This document shows, in pieces, positions 45,895 through 57,753 of a DNA stretch of 64,000 nucleotides. The stretch is taken from contig OZ024741.1 of the NCBI GenBank assembly GCA_964016885.1, forward strand, positions 229,400,001 to 229,464,000. Direction: 5' to 3'. The DNA is from Eledone cirrhosa. Its lineage: Eukaryota. The position numbers and the translations under genes were made by a program. Within the stretch, counting starts at the first letter, position 1; each line of letters opens with the position of its first letter. The notes below the pieces were generated by a model that was given only the letters and a program-made list of their open reading frames with translations, was not told where the DNA came from and made no database searches.

Positions 45895-46252
45895 ATATAT
45901 ATATATATATAACACACACACATATATATATAAAACACCCACACATATATATACACAACACCCACACACATATATATCACGTAAGAAATGGAGAATCAGT
46001 GGTGCAACGAATTAGAATTTATTAGACATCGCTCGACCAGCTCGAGGCACGATCGATGCGATGATCGAACCAGACTCTGAAATCGCAAGTCTTCAGATAC
46101 GTCTCTATCCATCGAAGCAGAGTTTCCAAATGTCATTTGTAATTCGTCGCACCACTGATTCTCCGTTTCTTATATGATATTATACTCTGCTTTGTAAGAG
46201 CATCGTAGGCTCAAACGGCATACCGCATACGGACGCTTTAAGCATCCTACAC

Positions 46253-46338
<86 letters not shown>

Positions 46339-46671
46339 GCAAGGGTTTGATACGAAATCGTGTGTCGAAACAAATATTGTTATACTTGGGGAGGGTCATA
46401 TTGTAAATAAATAAAATACAATACAATACGAGGGAACATAATAGTACCACTGATGATGTTGCAGATGTGCAACAAAGGAACTTTGATAGACTCTATATAT
46501 ATATATTTATATCTGTATTTTTAACCGTTGGTCAACCAATGATAAATATTGATTGCCAAATAAATTAACTATGGAGATATAAAAGATACAGAAGCGAAAA
46601 CCAACCAAACTGTGAGTGTGTTCTGTTATTATTTCTGGCAATATTATTACAATATGGCCCTCCCCAAGTAT

Positions 46672-46727
<56 letters not shown>

Positions 46728-46961
46728 TTAGAAACACACAGATACATGCGGACACACACATATATACATGAATGCATCCGCACCCAACTGTGAGTTAAGG
46801 GTGCCAACTTCACCGATGTTGCTCAATGAATGACTGGGACAGACCAATTCAGTTTGAACCAGACTGAACCAGTATCAGAGTTAAAAATACATTATGAAGA
46901 GAGAAGAAACATTTAGATATAATTAGTAATAAAATGTATCATACCTAAACTGTTCCTAAAT

Positions 46962-47049
46962 TCCTCGACTACGTAGTTTCGTGGCATAAACAAAAACAAT
47001 ATATCAAAGATATAGAGTCCTTGCGAGGTCTGCCGACTTATCAAGAGGA
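46962..47049 (-). ncRNA. Type I hammerhead ribozyme with U3-A8 covariant core
   Basis: tcctc-TTGATAA-gtcggca...tgccac-GAAAC-tacgta-GTC-gagga. Palindromic stem III ACTACGTAGT. Confidence 0.7.
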
Positions 47050-47534
47050 TACCTCATTTTACTAGTCTCAAGAACGCGTCTACACGACGTGAGAAAGAAT
47101 CCCAAAAGGCGGAGGGGGAGATAGTCACGCGATGACACACACACGCTCTAATTTAAGAATGCCGACAAACTCACGCGCGTGGACATACACACACTGTCCT
47201 ATTACCACTTAAAAGCTTTGGCCCGGGCAAACATCCTCTCAATTTTGGAACCGTCTGGGTTGTCCAGAATTGCTGCACCTGGTCTTGGTCAAGAGGCAGG
47301 TGCCTTATCTGGGACGTCACAGTTCTTATCTTTACTGGTGGCTCGCCTAACCGAGTTAACTGGTGATAATCGTGTAACTTTGCGAGTATGCCGGCTTGCC
47401 TCAAAAATTATTAGTATTCCTCGCTATATTGTTTTGTTTTGCTCTTGTGAATCTTGAAATAAGCAATAACTTTTTTCATATTTAATCAAGAGTTACGAAA
47501 TTTAGTAAATAAATTATGTAATATTCATTTATGC

Positions 47535-47866
47535 GCCGAGGTTGACTTTGCCTTTCATCCTTACGGGGCCGATAAAATAAATAAATTGTTTCATATTTAA
47601 TCAAGAGCTACGAAATTTAGTACATAAATTATGTAATATTCATTCAATATTTATTCAAAGTTAACTTTGCCTTTCATCCTTACGGGGTCGATAAAATAAA
47701 GTACCGGTAATACACTGAGTAATTGGTGGCCTTGTGCCAAAAGTAGAAACAATTATTTATTCAAAGTTAACTTTGCCTTTCATGCTTACGGGGTCGATAA
47801 AATAAAGTACCAGTAACACACTGCGATTATTGCTGGCCTTGTGCCAAACGTAGAAACAATTATTTA
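47535..47866 (+). mobile_element. Tandem 5'-truncated SINE 3' halves
   Basis: gttaactttgcctttcatc... repeated at about 47541, 47660 and 47766. Confidence 0.8.
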
Positions 47867-48030
47867 TTTAAAGTAATCCAACTTATTTTACTAACGGGAT
47901 AAAAAAAATATACTCAGAACACACTCCCACACTCCTTCCTTTATTATATTATGATTCACTCACGAATACATTTAGGTATCCACCATGTTAAGAGTGAAAA
48001 CAAATTCTGTTTATTATATATTATAGATTA

Positions 48031-48094
<64 letters not shown>

Positions 48095-48222
48095 AAAGTT
48101 ATATTTAAATTGTTGGGTTACAACTAGTAAATATTTATAACTGATATAAAAGCACTCAACAAGTATTTGGAGTATATTTACGATATTAAATAAATGGAAA
48201 CTATATTTATAAAACCATATTT

Positions 48223-48286
48223 ATTTCATTATATATATTTCAGGGATATCATATTAACAATATGTTATGCCTTCTTCAGACAAAAT
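48223..48286 (-). ncRNA. Type I hammerhead ribozyme; segment 48091-48315 is an inverted copy of 54010-54232
   Basis: attttgt-CTGAAGA-aggcataacatat...atatgatatccct-GAAA-tatat-ATA-atgaaat. Confidence 0.75.
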
Positions 48287-48317
48287 ACAATATAGACAGT
48301 TTTATAGATAAATAGAT

Positions 48318-48504
48318 GGTGGATTGGCAGTATCGGTAGAGGGTCGGACACCATGCTTTGAAGCATAGAGTTACATCCCTATATGATCTGAGTTCAAATC
48401 CCGCCGAGGTTAACTTTGCCTTTCATCCTTACGGGGTCGATAAAATAAAGTACCAGTAATGTACTGGGTTATTTCTGGCCTTGTGCCAATAGTAGAAACA
48501 ATTA
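48318..48504 (+). mobile_element. SINE copy (full length)
   Basis: Complete head, core and tail of the window's SINE family. Confidence 0.9.
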
Positions 48505-49193
48505 TATATATATATGTGTGTGTGTGTGTGAGTGTGCGTGTAGGTGTGTGTGAATACATATATTGATAAACTATATGTACATACATATATACATATCATT
48601 TTAAAGAGAGAGAGAGGGGGAGAGAGAGAAAGAGAAAGGGAGGGAGAGGGGGAGATGGCTGGGTGTATAGATAGTTTTCTCATCACTAGATAGTGTGTGA
48701 TAAAGAACATAAAACTCGCAGGAAAGTGATACCGGAGCTGTTTGACAGTTCTCCGGAAGGGGGCGTAGCGAAGTTTTTATAGCTATCGTCACTGCACATG
48801 CCCCAGTTAAGGAAAACATCCGTCTGGTTGTAGCTGTTGGTGTGTCGGTGCCTGAAGTGTGTGTAGTGTAGCGTCATCATGGGGAGTATAATTGAAGGAA
48901 TATAGAGAAGTATATATCTTCAAGTATCTTGACGAATTAGGATTAATCACCAGCAATACAATGATTTGTGTGGGTTTTGTGGCGAGGGTAGGGGCTATGT
49001 AGCTATTAGGTGGTGGTTGAAGATGGAGAATTGACAGAGTAATTCGGGCATCGGATTAAAAATGCTTCGGTATTTGTTCTGGCACCCTAGGCTGAATTCA
49101 TAACCGCCGTGGTCAACTTTGCCTTTCATTCTTTCGAGAGCGATAGTACCAGTCCAATACTGGAATCGTTTCTCTCTCTCTCTCTCTCTCTCT

Positions 49194-49270
<77 letters not shown>

Positions 49271-49367
49271 AAATGAAGTAATTCCGTCGGAAAAGTCCAG
49301 GAAAAAAGAGTGCTCTATGTAGGTAACAGAGCTTAATAGTTATGTAATAAACAACATAAGGCAATTA

Positions 49368-49424
49368 TTTCATTTACCAGTGGTTTCTTAAAAGCAAACT
49401 TTGCTTTCAATCATCAGAATGAAA
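49368..49424 (-). ncRNA. Type I hammerhead ribozyme in an inverted segment (49336-50078) fused to the 5' end of a Penelope-like ORF
   Basis: tttcatt-CTGATGA-ttgaaagcaaagtttgcttttaa-GAAAC-cactg-GTA-aatgaaa. Confidence 0.85.
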
Positions 49425-50078
49425 ACATCCTGGTGTCTTTATTGGCGTTGGATTTGAAAAACAAAAATATAATCTATATGAAAGTGAGGCTGGAAAAAGA
49501 AGAAGGAAAGGAAAAATAAAAACACACATGCAAACACACACCAACACACACACAATTATATACATACACATATATATATACATATACACATACATACACA
49601 CACACATATACACACACACACATATATATATGTGTATATATATACATACACATACATATACACATATATACATACACACATAAATATCAACATATCCATA
49701 CATACACATACATACAAATACATAAACGTGCATACACACACACATATACATGCATATATATATATACATAAACATATATATACATACATATACACACATA
49801 CATATATATACATATACATATATATATATATATATATATACATCCATATACATACATATATACATACACATACATACATACACACAATCATACGTATATA
49901 CACACGTACATACATACACATACATACACACATATATACACGCATACATACGCATGCACAAATATAGACATATGTCCACACACCTACATACTCACACACA
50001 CAAATAAATATAAGAAAAAATATATAATAATAAAAAATAAAAATGAATATAAAGATTATTATAGTGTTGACAGCGATA

Positions 50079-52134
50079 AAACCGAACAAGTCGTTAAAAG
50101 AATGAGATGGAAGGCAATGGTTTACGATGGACTATTCAGTGCTGATACTAATGATTGTTTTGACATAAAATCCCGTAAATATCCACCTAGAATTAAAGAC
50201 ATGGCCAACTTCGAATTAGACCTTAATTTAATTAGTGATATCAAATTTCGTAAGTAGAATAATAATTTTCAAACTAAACTGTGTCTAACGATATTTCTAA
50301 TTTTTAAAATTCTACAAACACCTTTGTTCTTTCCGATAAAACTAAAAATCTCTTTGAAGTTAATAGTATTTTGTATAACCAACTTTTAACTAATAGTATC
50401 ACCAACAAATATCAATTAACTAATAATAATACCTACAATACTATTAATAAAGAAGCTAAAGAACTAGCTAGTTCTTTAAAAATAGACAACCGGATTGAAA
50501 GCCTAGCTAAGCGTAAAGCATATATTACCCTTAAAGACCATACATTAGACTTTACTAATCGTCCTAGTTGTAGATTGATTAACCCGGCTAAATCCGAAGT
50601 TGGCCTTGCAAGTAAAAACATCTTAAGAAAAATAATTCTCCAAATTAGAACTAAGACTGACCTATCACAATGGTTAAATACACCCTCTGTTATTTCTTGG
50701 TTTAATTATTTACAAGGTAAAAATAAGTGTAGATTTACCCAATTTGATATTGTTGATTTTTACCCCTCTATTACTGTTTCCTTATTAACTAATGCCTTAG
50801 AGTTTTCAAGACCCTTCATTAATATTTCTAAATTAGAAGAAGACATTGTCTTTCATGCTAGAAAAACTTTACTCTTTACTAATGAAAGTATTTGGGTTAA
50901 AAAGTCAAACCCTGAAAACTCTTTTGATGTTGCAATGGGTTCATATGACAGTGAGGATGTGTGTGACTTAGTAGCATTATTCCTTCTCCACACTCTCAAA
51001 GAGAAATTTCCTTCCAATAATATCGGTTTATACCGTGATGACGGATTGGCAGTTTCTCATACCACCAACGGCCATAACCTTGATAAATTCCGTAAAGATT
51101 TAATCAATACTTTTGCTAATCTTAACCTTAAAATTACGATTGATACGAACCTTACCAATGCTAACTTTCTTGACATTAATCTTGATCTACTACCGCCTCT
51201 GTTAAACCTTATCATAAACCTAACGAAAATCTTAGATATATACACAAAGAGTCTTGCCATCCCCCTATAGTTTTTAAAAATCTCATTCCCAACATTACCC
51301 GTAGGATTTCTACCTTATCTTCGTCTCTAGACATTTTTAATAAAGCCGCCCCTTATTATAATAAAGCCCTTAATAACAGCGGATTTACTGAACAAATTAA
51401 TTATTTACCTACTTCCCCCCCCCCTAAAACTAACCACATTAATAGGAAAAGGAAAATTATTTGGTTTACACCCCCCCCCCTTCTCTCTAACTGTCAAAAC
51501 TAATGTAGGAAGGAAATTCCTTGACCTCTTAGATAAACATTTTCCTCCTAATCATAGATATTATAAGATATTTAATAGAAATGTAGTTAAGATCAGTTAC
51601 TCTTGTTGCCCATCAATGTAGTCTAAGATCACTAATTCAAATCGTACGAGAACAAATCCAGGATGCAGTTGCAGGAAGCCGGATGAATGCCCATTACAGG
51701 GCAAATGTAACACCAAATCCGTTGTTTATGAGGCCAAAGTGACACCTTTAATCAACAACCAGCCAGCCAGGAGTGAGCGATATGTTGGCATGACCCAGGA
51801 CAGGTTTAAAACCAGGTTTTATGTAGATGTCGCTTCTTTTAAGCACTCCGATAAAAAAACAGCAACGGCCCTTGCAAGTAAGGTGTGGGAATTCAAGGAT
51901 AAAAACATCCCGTACTCTATCGATTGGTCTATTTTAGACGATTCGAGGGAGTACCAAAGGGGCACAAAGAATTGTTCTTTGTGTACCACGGAAAAATATA
52001 GGATTTTTCAAAACTTGAAAGCCACTTCTGCTTGCCTGAACTCAAAGACCGAGATCTTCAGATGTTGTCCTCATCTGAAATCACATCTGATCTGTAACTA
52101 TATTGACATTCCTACGATAACTCAACCACCTTGA
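50079..52134 (+). pseudogene. Penelope-like retroelement: RT + C-terminal GIY-YIG endonuclease, disrupted by stops and frameshifts
   Basis: KRMRWKA, YITLKDH..CRLINPAKSEVG, QFDIVDFYPSI, DVAMGSYD, LYRDDGL, FLDINLDL, CSCRKPDECPLQGKC, VVYEAKV..YVGMTQDRFKTRF, CSLCTTEK, LNSKTE..CPH. Confidence 0.92.
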
Positions 52135-52360
52135 ACTCCTTCCCTGCCTTTTACTTCCACTACGATTTTTTTACCTGCTGAATCCACGTTCTGTACTCTC
52201 GAATTCTGTTTCTCCCTTATCTCCCCTTATATTTAAACCTTTTCCTATGTCATTTATTTTTCATTTTCCCCCCTACTTTCTGCCTTACCCTTCACATACC
52301 CAATTTTTTTATTTTTAGATATTTATTTTTGTGTGTGTGCGTGTGTGTTGCGTATATGTA

Positions 52361-52437
<77 letters not shown>

Positions 52438-52441
<4 letters not shown>

Positions 52442-53858
52442 TTAAAGTATATGATAAACACGAAATGTGTTTACATTGCAACAGACAAAGTTAGCTATTA
52501 ATGAAATAAACTAATAAAAGTGAATACAATTTGTCTGTCTCGATACAAGTCAATAAAGACAAGCTTATATTGGCAACTGCCATGATTCCTGGACATATTT
52601 AAATTTCAAAATTCAAACCTGTTCTGTAGACGAATTTGAACCTCGAAACCCAAATAAGTTTCGCAATGGTGGAATGTGAATTGAAAAATAAAGAGAATCG
52701 AAATGGAATAGGAATAAAAGAGTGAAATATCCAAATCATCTGTGCATATCAACAGGAATCCAGTAAGATTAGTCTATCTCACATCAAAAATTTTGCAGGA
52801 CTGACTACACGTGGGTAGCCAGGCCAACATTAGCTATCCCACATTCACGGTACTAGAAATAACAGCCGCTTATGCAGGATTAAGGATCAGCTCTTACAAT
52901 AAAGGAGCTATACATTATATTATATTTTGAGAATAAACTCTCAGTCGTTTACAATAATTAAGCTCCAGGAAGGGGCTCTTCCGAGCAGTTAAATACATTT
53001 AAAGTATATGATAAACACGAAATGTGTTTACATTGCAACAGACAAAGTTAGCTACTAATGAAATAAACTAATAAAAGTGAATACAATTTGTCTGTCTCGA
53101 TACAAGTCAATAAAGACAAGCTTATATTGGCAACAGCCATGATTCCTGGACATATTTAAATTTCAAAATTCAAACCTGTTCTGTAGACGAATTTGAACCT
53201 CGAAACCCAAATAAGTTTAAATGTATTTAACTGCTCGGGAGAGCCCCTTCCTGGAGCTTAATTATTGTAAACGACTGAGAGTTTATTCTCAAAATATAAT
53301 ATAATGTATAGCTCCTTTATTGTAAGAGCTGATCCTTAATCCTGCATAAGCGGCTGTTATTTCTAGCACCGTGAATGTGGGATAGCTAGTTTTGGCCTGC
53401 CTACCCACGTGTAGTCAGTCCTGCAAAATTTTTGATGTGAGATAGACTAATCTTACTGGATTCCTGTTGATATGCACAGATGATTTGGATATTTCACTCT
53501 TTTATTTCTATTCCATTTCGATTCTCTTTATTTTTCAATTCACATTCCACCATTGCGAAACTTATTTGGGTTTCGAGGTTCAAATTCGTCTACAGAACAG
53601 GTTTGAATTTTGAAATTTAAATATGTCCAGGAATCATGGCAGTTGCCAATATAAGCTTGTCTTTATTGACTTGTATCGAGACAGACAAATTGTATTCACT
53701 TTTATTAGTTTATTTCATTAATAGCTAACTTTGTCTGTTGCAATGTAAACACATTTCGTGTTTATCATATACTTTAAATGTATTTAACTGCTCGGAAGAG
53801 CCCCTTCCTGGAGCTTAATTATTGTAAACGACTGAGAGTTTATTCTCAAAATATAATA

Positions 53859-53860
<2 letters not shown>
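52438..53860. mobile_element. 557-bp unit in tandem (1.4 copies) then inverted (about 1.15 copies), inserted in (TA)n
   Basis: acatttaaagtatatg at 52438 and 52995. Orientation switches near 53217. Non-coding and hairpin-rich. No canonical hammerhead recognised. Confidence 0.9.
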
Positions 53861-53902
<42 letters not shown>

Positions 53903-54036
53903 GTGTGTGTAAATATATATATATATATGTATGTATATATGTGTGTGTATGTATGTTTATATTTATCTGTATGTATATATAATTGTATGTTGAAAGGTAT
54001 GTCGAATCTATCTATTTATAAGACTGTTTATATTGT

Positions 54037-54100
54037 ATTTTGTCTGAAGAAGGCATAACATATTTTTAATATGATATCCCTGAAATATATATAATGAAAT
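54037..54100 (+). ncRNA. Type I hammerhead ribozyme, candidate 3' pLTR of the 50-52 kb Penelope-like element
   Basis: attttgt-CTGAAGA(54044-54050)-stem II-GAAA-tatat-ATA-atgaaat. Stem I is 7 bp with two GU pairs. Confidence 0.75.
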
Positions 54101-54228
54101 AAATATGGTTTTATAAATATAATTTCCATTTATTTAATATCGTAAATATACTCCAAATACTTGTTGAGTGCTTTTATATCAGTTATAAATATTTACTCGT
54201 TGTAACCCAACAATTTAAATATAACTTT

Positions 54229-54269
<41 letters not shown>

Positions 54270-54454
54270 GATAAATCTACCAAGAGTTTACGGTAGTGTC
54301 CAATCCGTATGAAGAACTCAATGTATTCCGGATATCATGGAAAGAAGAGATGTAATGAAAATCCACTTTCGGTGAAAGATAAACGGTATACAGAGTCAAG
54401 ATAAAATATTAAACAAATAATGAACAAACAATTCCTTATATTAAACAAAAAAAG

Positions 54455-54609
54455 TTCACTATTTAACGATCGTTTCTAGGGCATATATGTGTTATAATTG
54501 GTATGCATATTTAACAGATCTATGTACAAAATTATACAAAATTATACAAATTATCAAGATTAAATATACATACCTAACTCATATATACGCCGTCTTCAGA
54601 AATAATGAA
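54455..54609 (-). ncRNA. Type I hammerhead with a very long (about 115-nt) stem II
   Basis: ttcattattt-CTGAAGA-cggcgtatatatg...catatatgcccta-GAAAC-gatc-GTT-aaatagtgaa. 10-bp stem I, palindromic stem III ACGATCGT. Confidence 0.7.
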
Positions 54610-55179
54610 GTATATTTATTGATAATAACAACAATTCAAAATATCAGTTCAAAATTGACCAATGAAAACACAAAGGGTTAAAAGCAGTTTGGTGTGTGTA
54701 TACACATGCAAAAACCTTACACATATTTTACAATAATGTGTGTATAATTTGCATGTGTATACTAAAAAGATGGATGCAAACACAAAATTTCAAGGTTAAT
54801 ATCTCTGTAAGCTTAATGCGCTGATAAGATACGCAAAGATACTTATGGAGTCAAGCATATAAATATATTTTTTTCATACTCACACATATCAGTATAATCA
54901 CACATACATGTGCGTATATGCATAAATATACACATAACCACGAACATACAAACACACACACTCCCCCACTCACATTTATATATGTGGATATAAAATCATA
55001 AGCAAATAGAAATTAAGTCACTCACATAAAAACACTGGTACACACATTTCAAGATCAAGATACAGAAATTAGGTGGGAGGGGGGGGGAGGGGTCAGTATT
55101 AGATTGTCAGACCAGACAGCCTAATATAAATGTATCTATAAATTAAGAAAAATAAAAAAATAAAAACAATAAAATATAA

Positions 55180-55357
55180 TAAATGTACATACACATACAG
55201 ATATACATACACGTACGCGCACATAGAGATACCTACACATACATACATACACACATACCTATACTGTCATACACACACATACATTTACACGAACATACAC
55301 ATACACATATAAAAAGATATAAATACACACACACTCACGCGCAACACATACACACAT

Positions 55358-55402
<45 letters not shown>

Positions 55403-55423
55403 TATACACACACACATAGACTC

Positions 55424-55455
<32 letters not shown>

Positions 55456-55633
55456 ATACAAACATATATATCCCCACACTCATACCACCATAAATATACA
55501 TACAAACACCCACATGTATACATATATATATATATATATATATCCACATACACACACGTACACATATATATATATATATACACATATATACACATACATA
55601 TACATATATACACACACATAAAAAACAGACATG

Positions 55634-55670
<37 letters not shown>

Positions 55671-55926
55671 CATTACTCTTATATATACACATAGTATATA
55701 TACATACACAACCTCACTTATACACATATACACATAAGTTATATTACAATAATAATAAAGAATAATATATATATATATATATACATATATACACACATAT
55801 ACATATATACATATACATATATATATACACACACATACATACACATACATACATACACCTAAACATATACATACATAAATACACACATACGAATAAAGAC
55901 ATATATTCACACATAGACACCTATAT

Positions 55927-55960
<34 letters not shown>

Positions 55961-57280
55961 CTATATATATACACATACATACATACACATATATACATAT
56001 ATATATACACATACACACACACACACACACACAGACACACATACACACTCACATATACATATATATATATATGTGTATGTGAGTGTGCGCAAATACATAT
56101 ATATATACACACACACATACAAACACACACAAACACATACATATGCATATATGCACACACACACACATATATCACATAGATACGAAGATAAACATATAAA
56201 TAGAGAGACATACAAATATATACAGAACCCATATACACATACATACAACCACGCATATACATATACATACATATATACACATATATATATTCCTATATAC
56301 AAGCATACACATACATACACATATATACATATACATACACATATACATACCACACATTCACATACACATACATATATAATACATATATATACATATATAT
56401 ACATACATATGTATGTACAATCATATATACACACTCAATCTTACATTCATATTTACATGCTCATATATGTATTTTTATATTTAGAAATAAATACCAAAAC
56501 CTATATAGACACCCACCTACACATATATTCATACATATACTCTTACAAAAACAGATGATAATAGTATGGGGGAAAGGGGGGGTTTGGAGAAGGGGATCAA
56601 AGTAAATATATGTTTCAAGAAACATATAATATTTTCCGTATCTTAATTCAATGTATGTTCTTACATATTTTCAGTGCTAGGAAATACGAAATCTATGCAT
56701 CCCAAAATAAAAAAATATACCATTAATCATATGTTAACTAAACCAAAGATAGTCAACATATTGATTTCCAAGGTGTAAATTAGTTAGGTTTATAATATTT
56801 GAAGCAGAATTATGAAGTCAAACAGTAGTAGATTATTAATTACATTATAACTAAATTAAAGTTAATAACGTTATGGTATCAATATTAGGAGATGAATTTA
56901 GTAATAGGGAAAAGAAACCCAAATAAAAATAAAATAAAGTATTACATCGGTAGTAGCATATAAATTATATGTTAACTAAATTAAAAATTATATATTTATT
57001 TCAATAGTATACGTTAATTAGTATATGTTAATTAGGTATACAATACATAAAGCAGATATTGTATTTCATCAATAGCATAATATAATTATATGCAAATAAA
57101 AATCAAAATTAATACGCATACATATACATATACATACACATACACATATATATACATATACACACACATATATATATATATACACATATATATACACATA
57201 CATACATATATAGTCACATAAATATACATACAGATACACATACAATACACACATATACATATACATATAGATATACATAT
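55180..57280. repeat. Degenerate (TA)/(CA) microsatellite tracts, probably within the 3' UTR of the minus-strand Penelope-like element
   Basis: Visible low-complexity tracts between the ORF stop (57754) and the 54.5-kb hammerhead. Confidence 0.8.
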
Positions 57281-57753
57281 CTTTTTCAAAAAATTGCACA
57301 GAATATATTAACTAGGTATATATCCAAAACACATCCCATTCTATGATTACATGACATTCTGCAATTCGTCTGTACAAGGATACTAATTTTAAGTAAATTA
57401 AAATTAAAGTTTTAGGTTGATTAAAACTAAAACCAAATAATAAATATATTTCCAAAATGTATATTAATTAGGTCTATAATACTAAAAATTCTTTCTCCGT
57501 CATAGGATACATGATATTATTTTGTTATATTTTATCTGTAAAAGAATTATAATAAAAAAAAAATTATAATAAAAGGTTAAAATAAATTAAAATTAATCTA
57601 TAAATTAAATTACTGAGTATATATTAGTAATATTTAAAGGTTTTTCAAAATTTATGATTACATAATATTTTCTCATCTGTAATAAAATATTAATAAAATT
57701 AAATTTATAGGTTAACTAACATTTAAATTAAATTAAATTCTAGAATAATGTTA

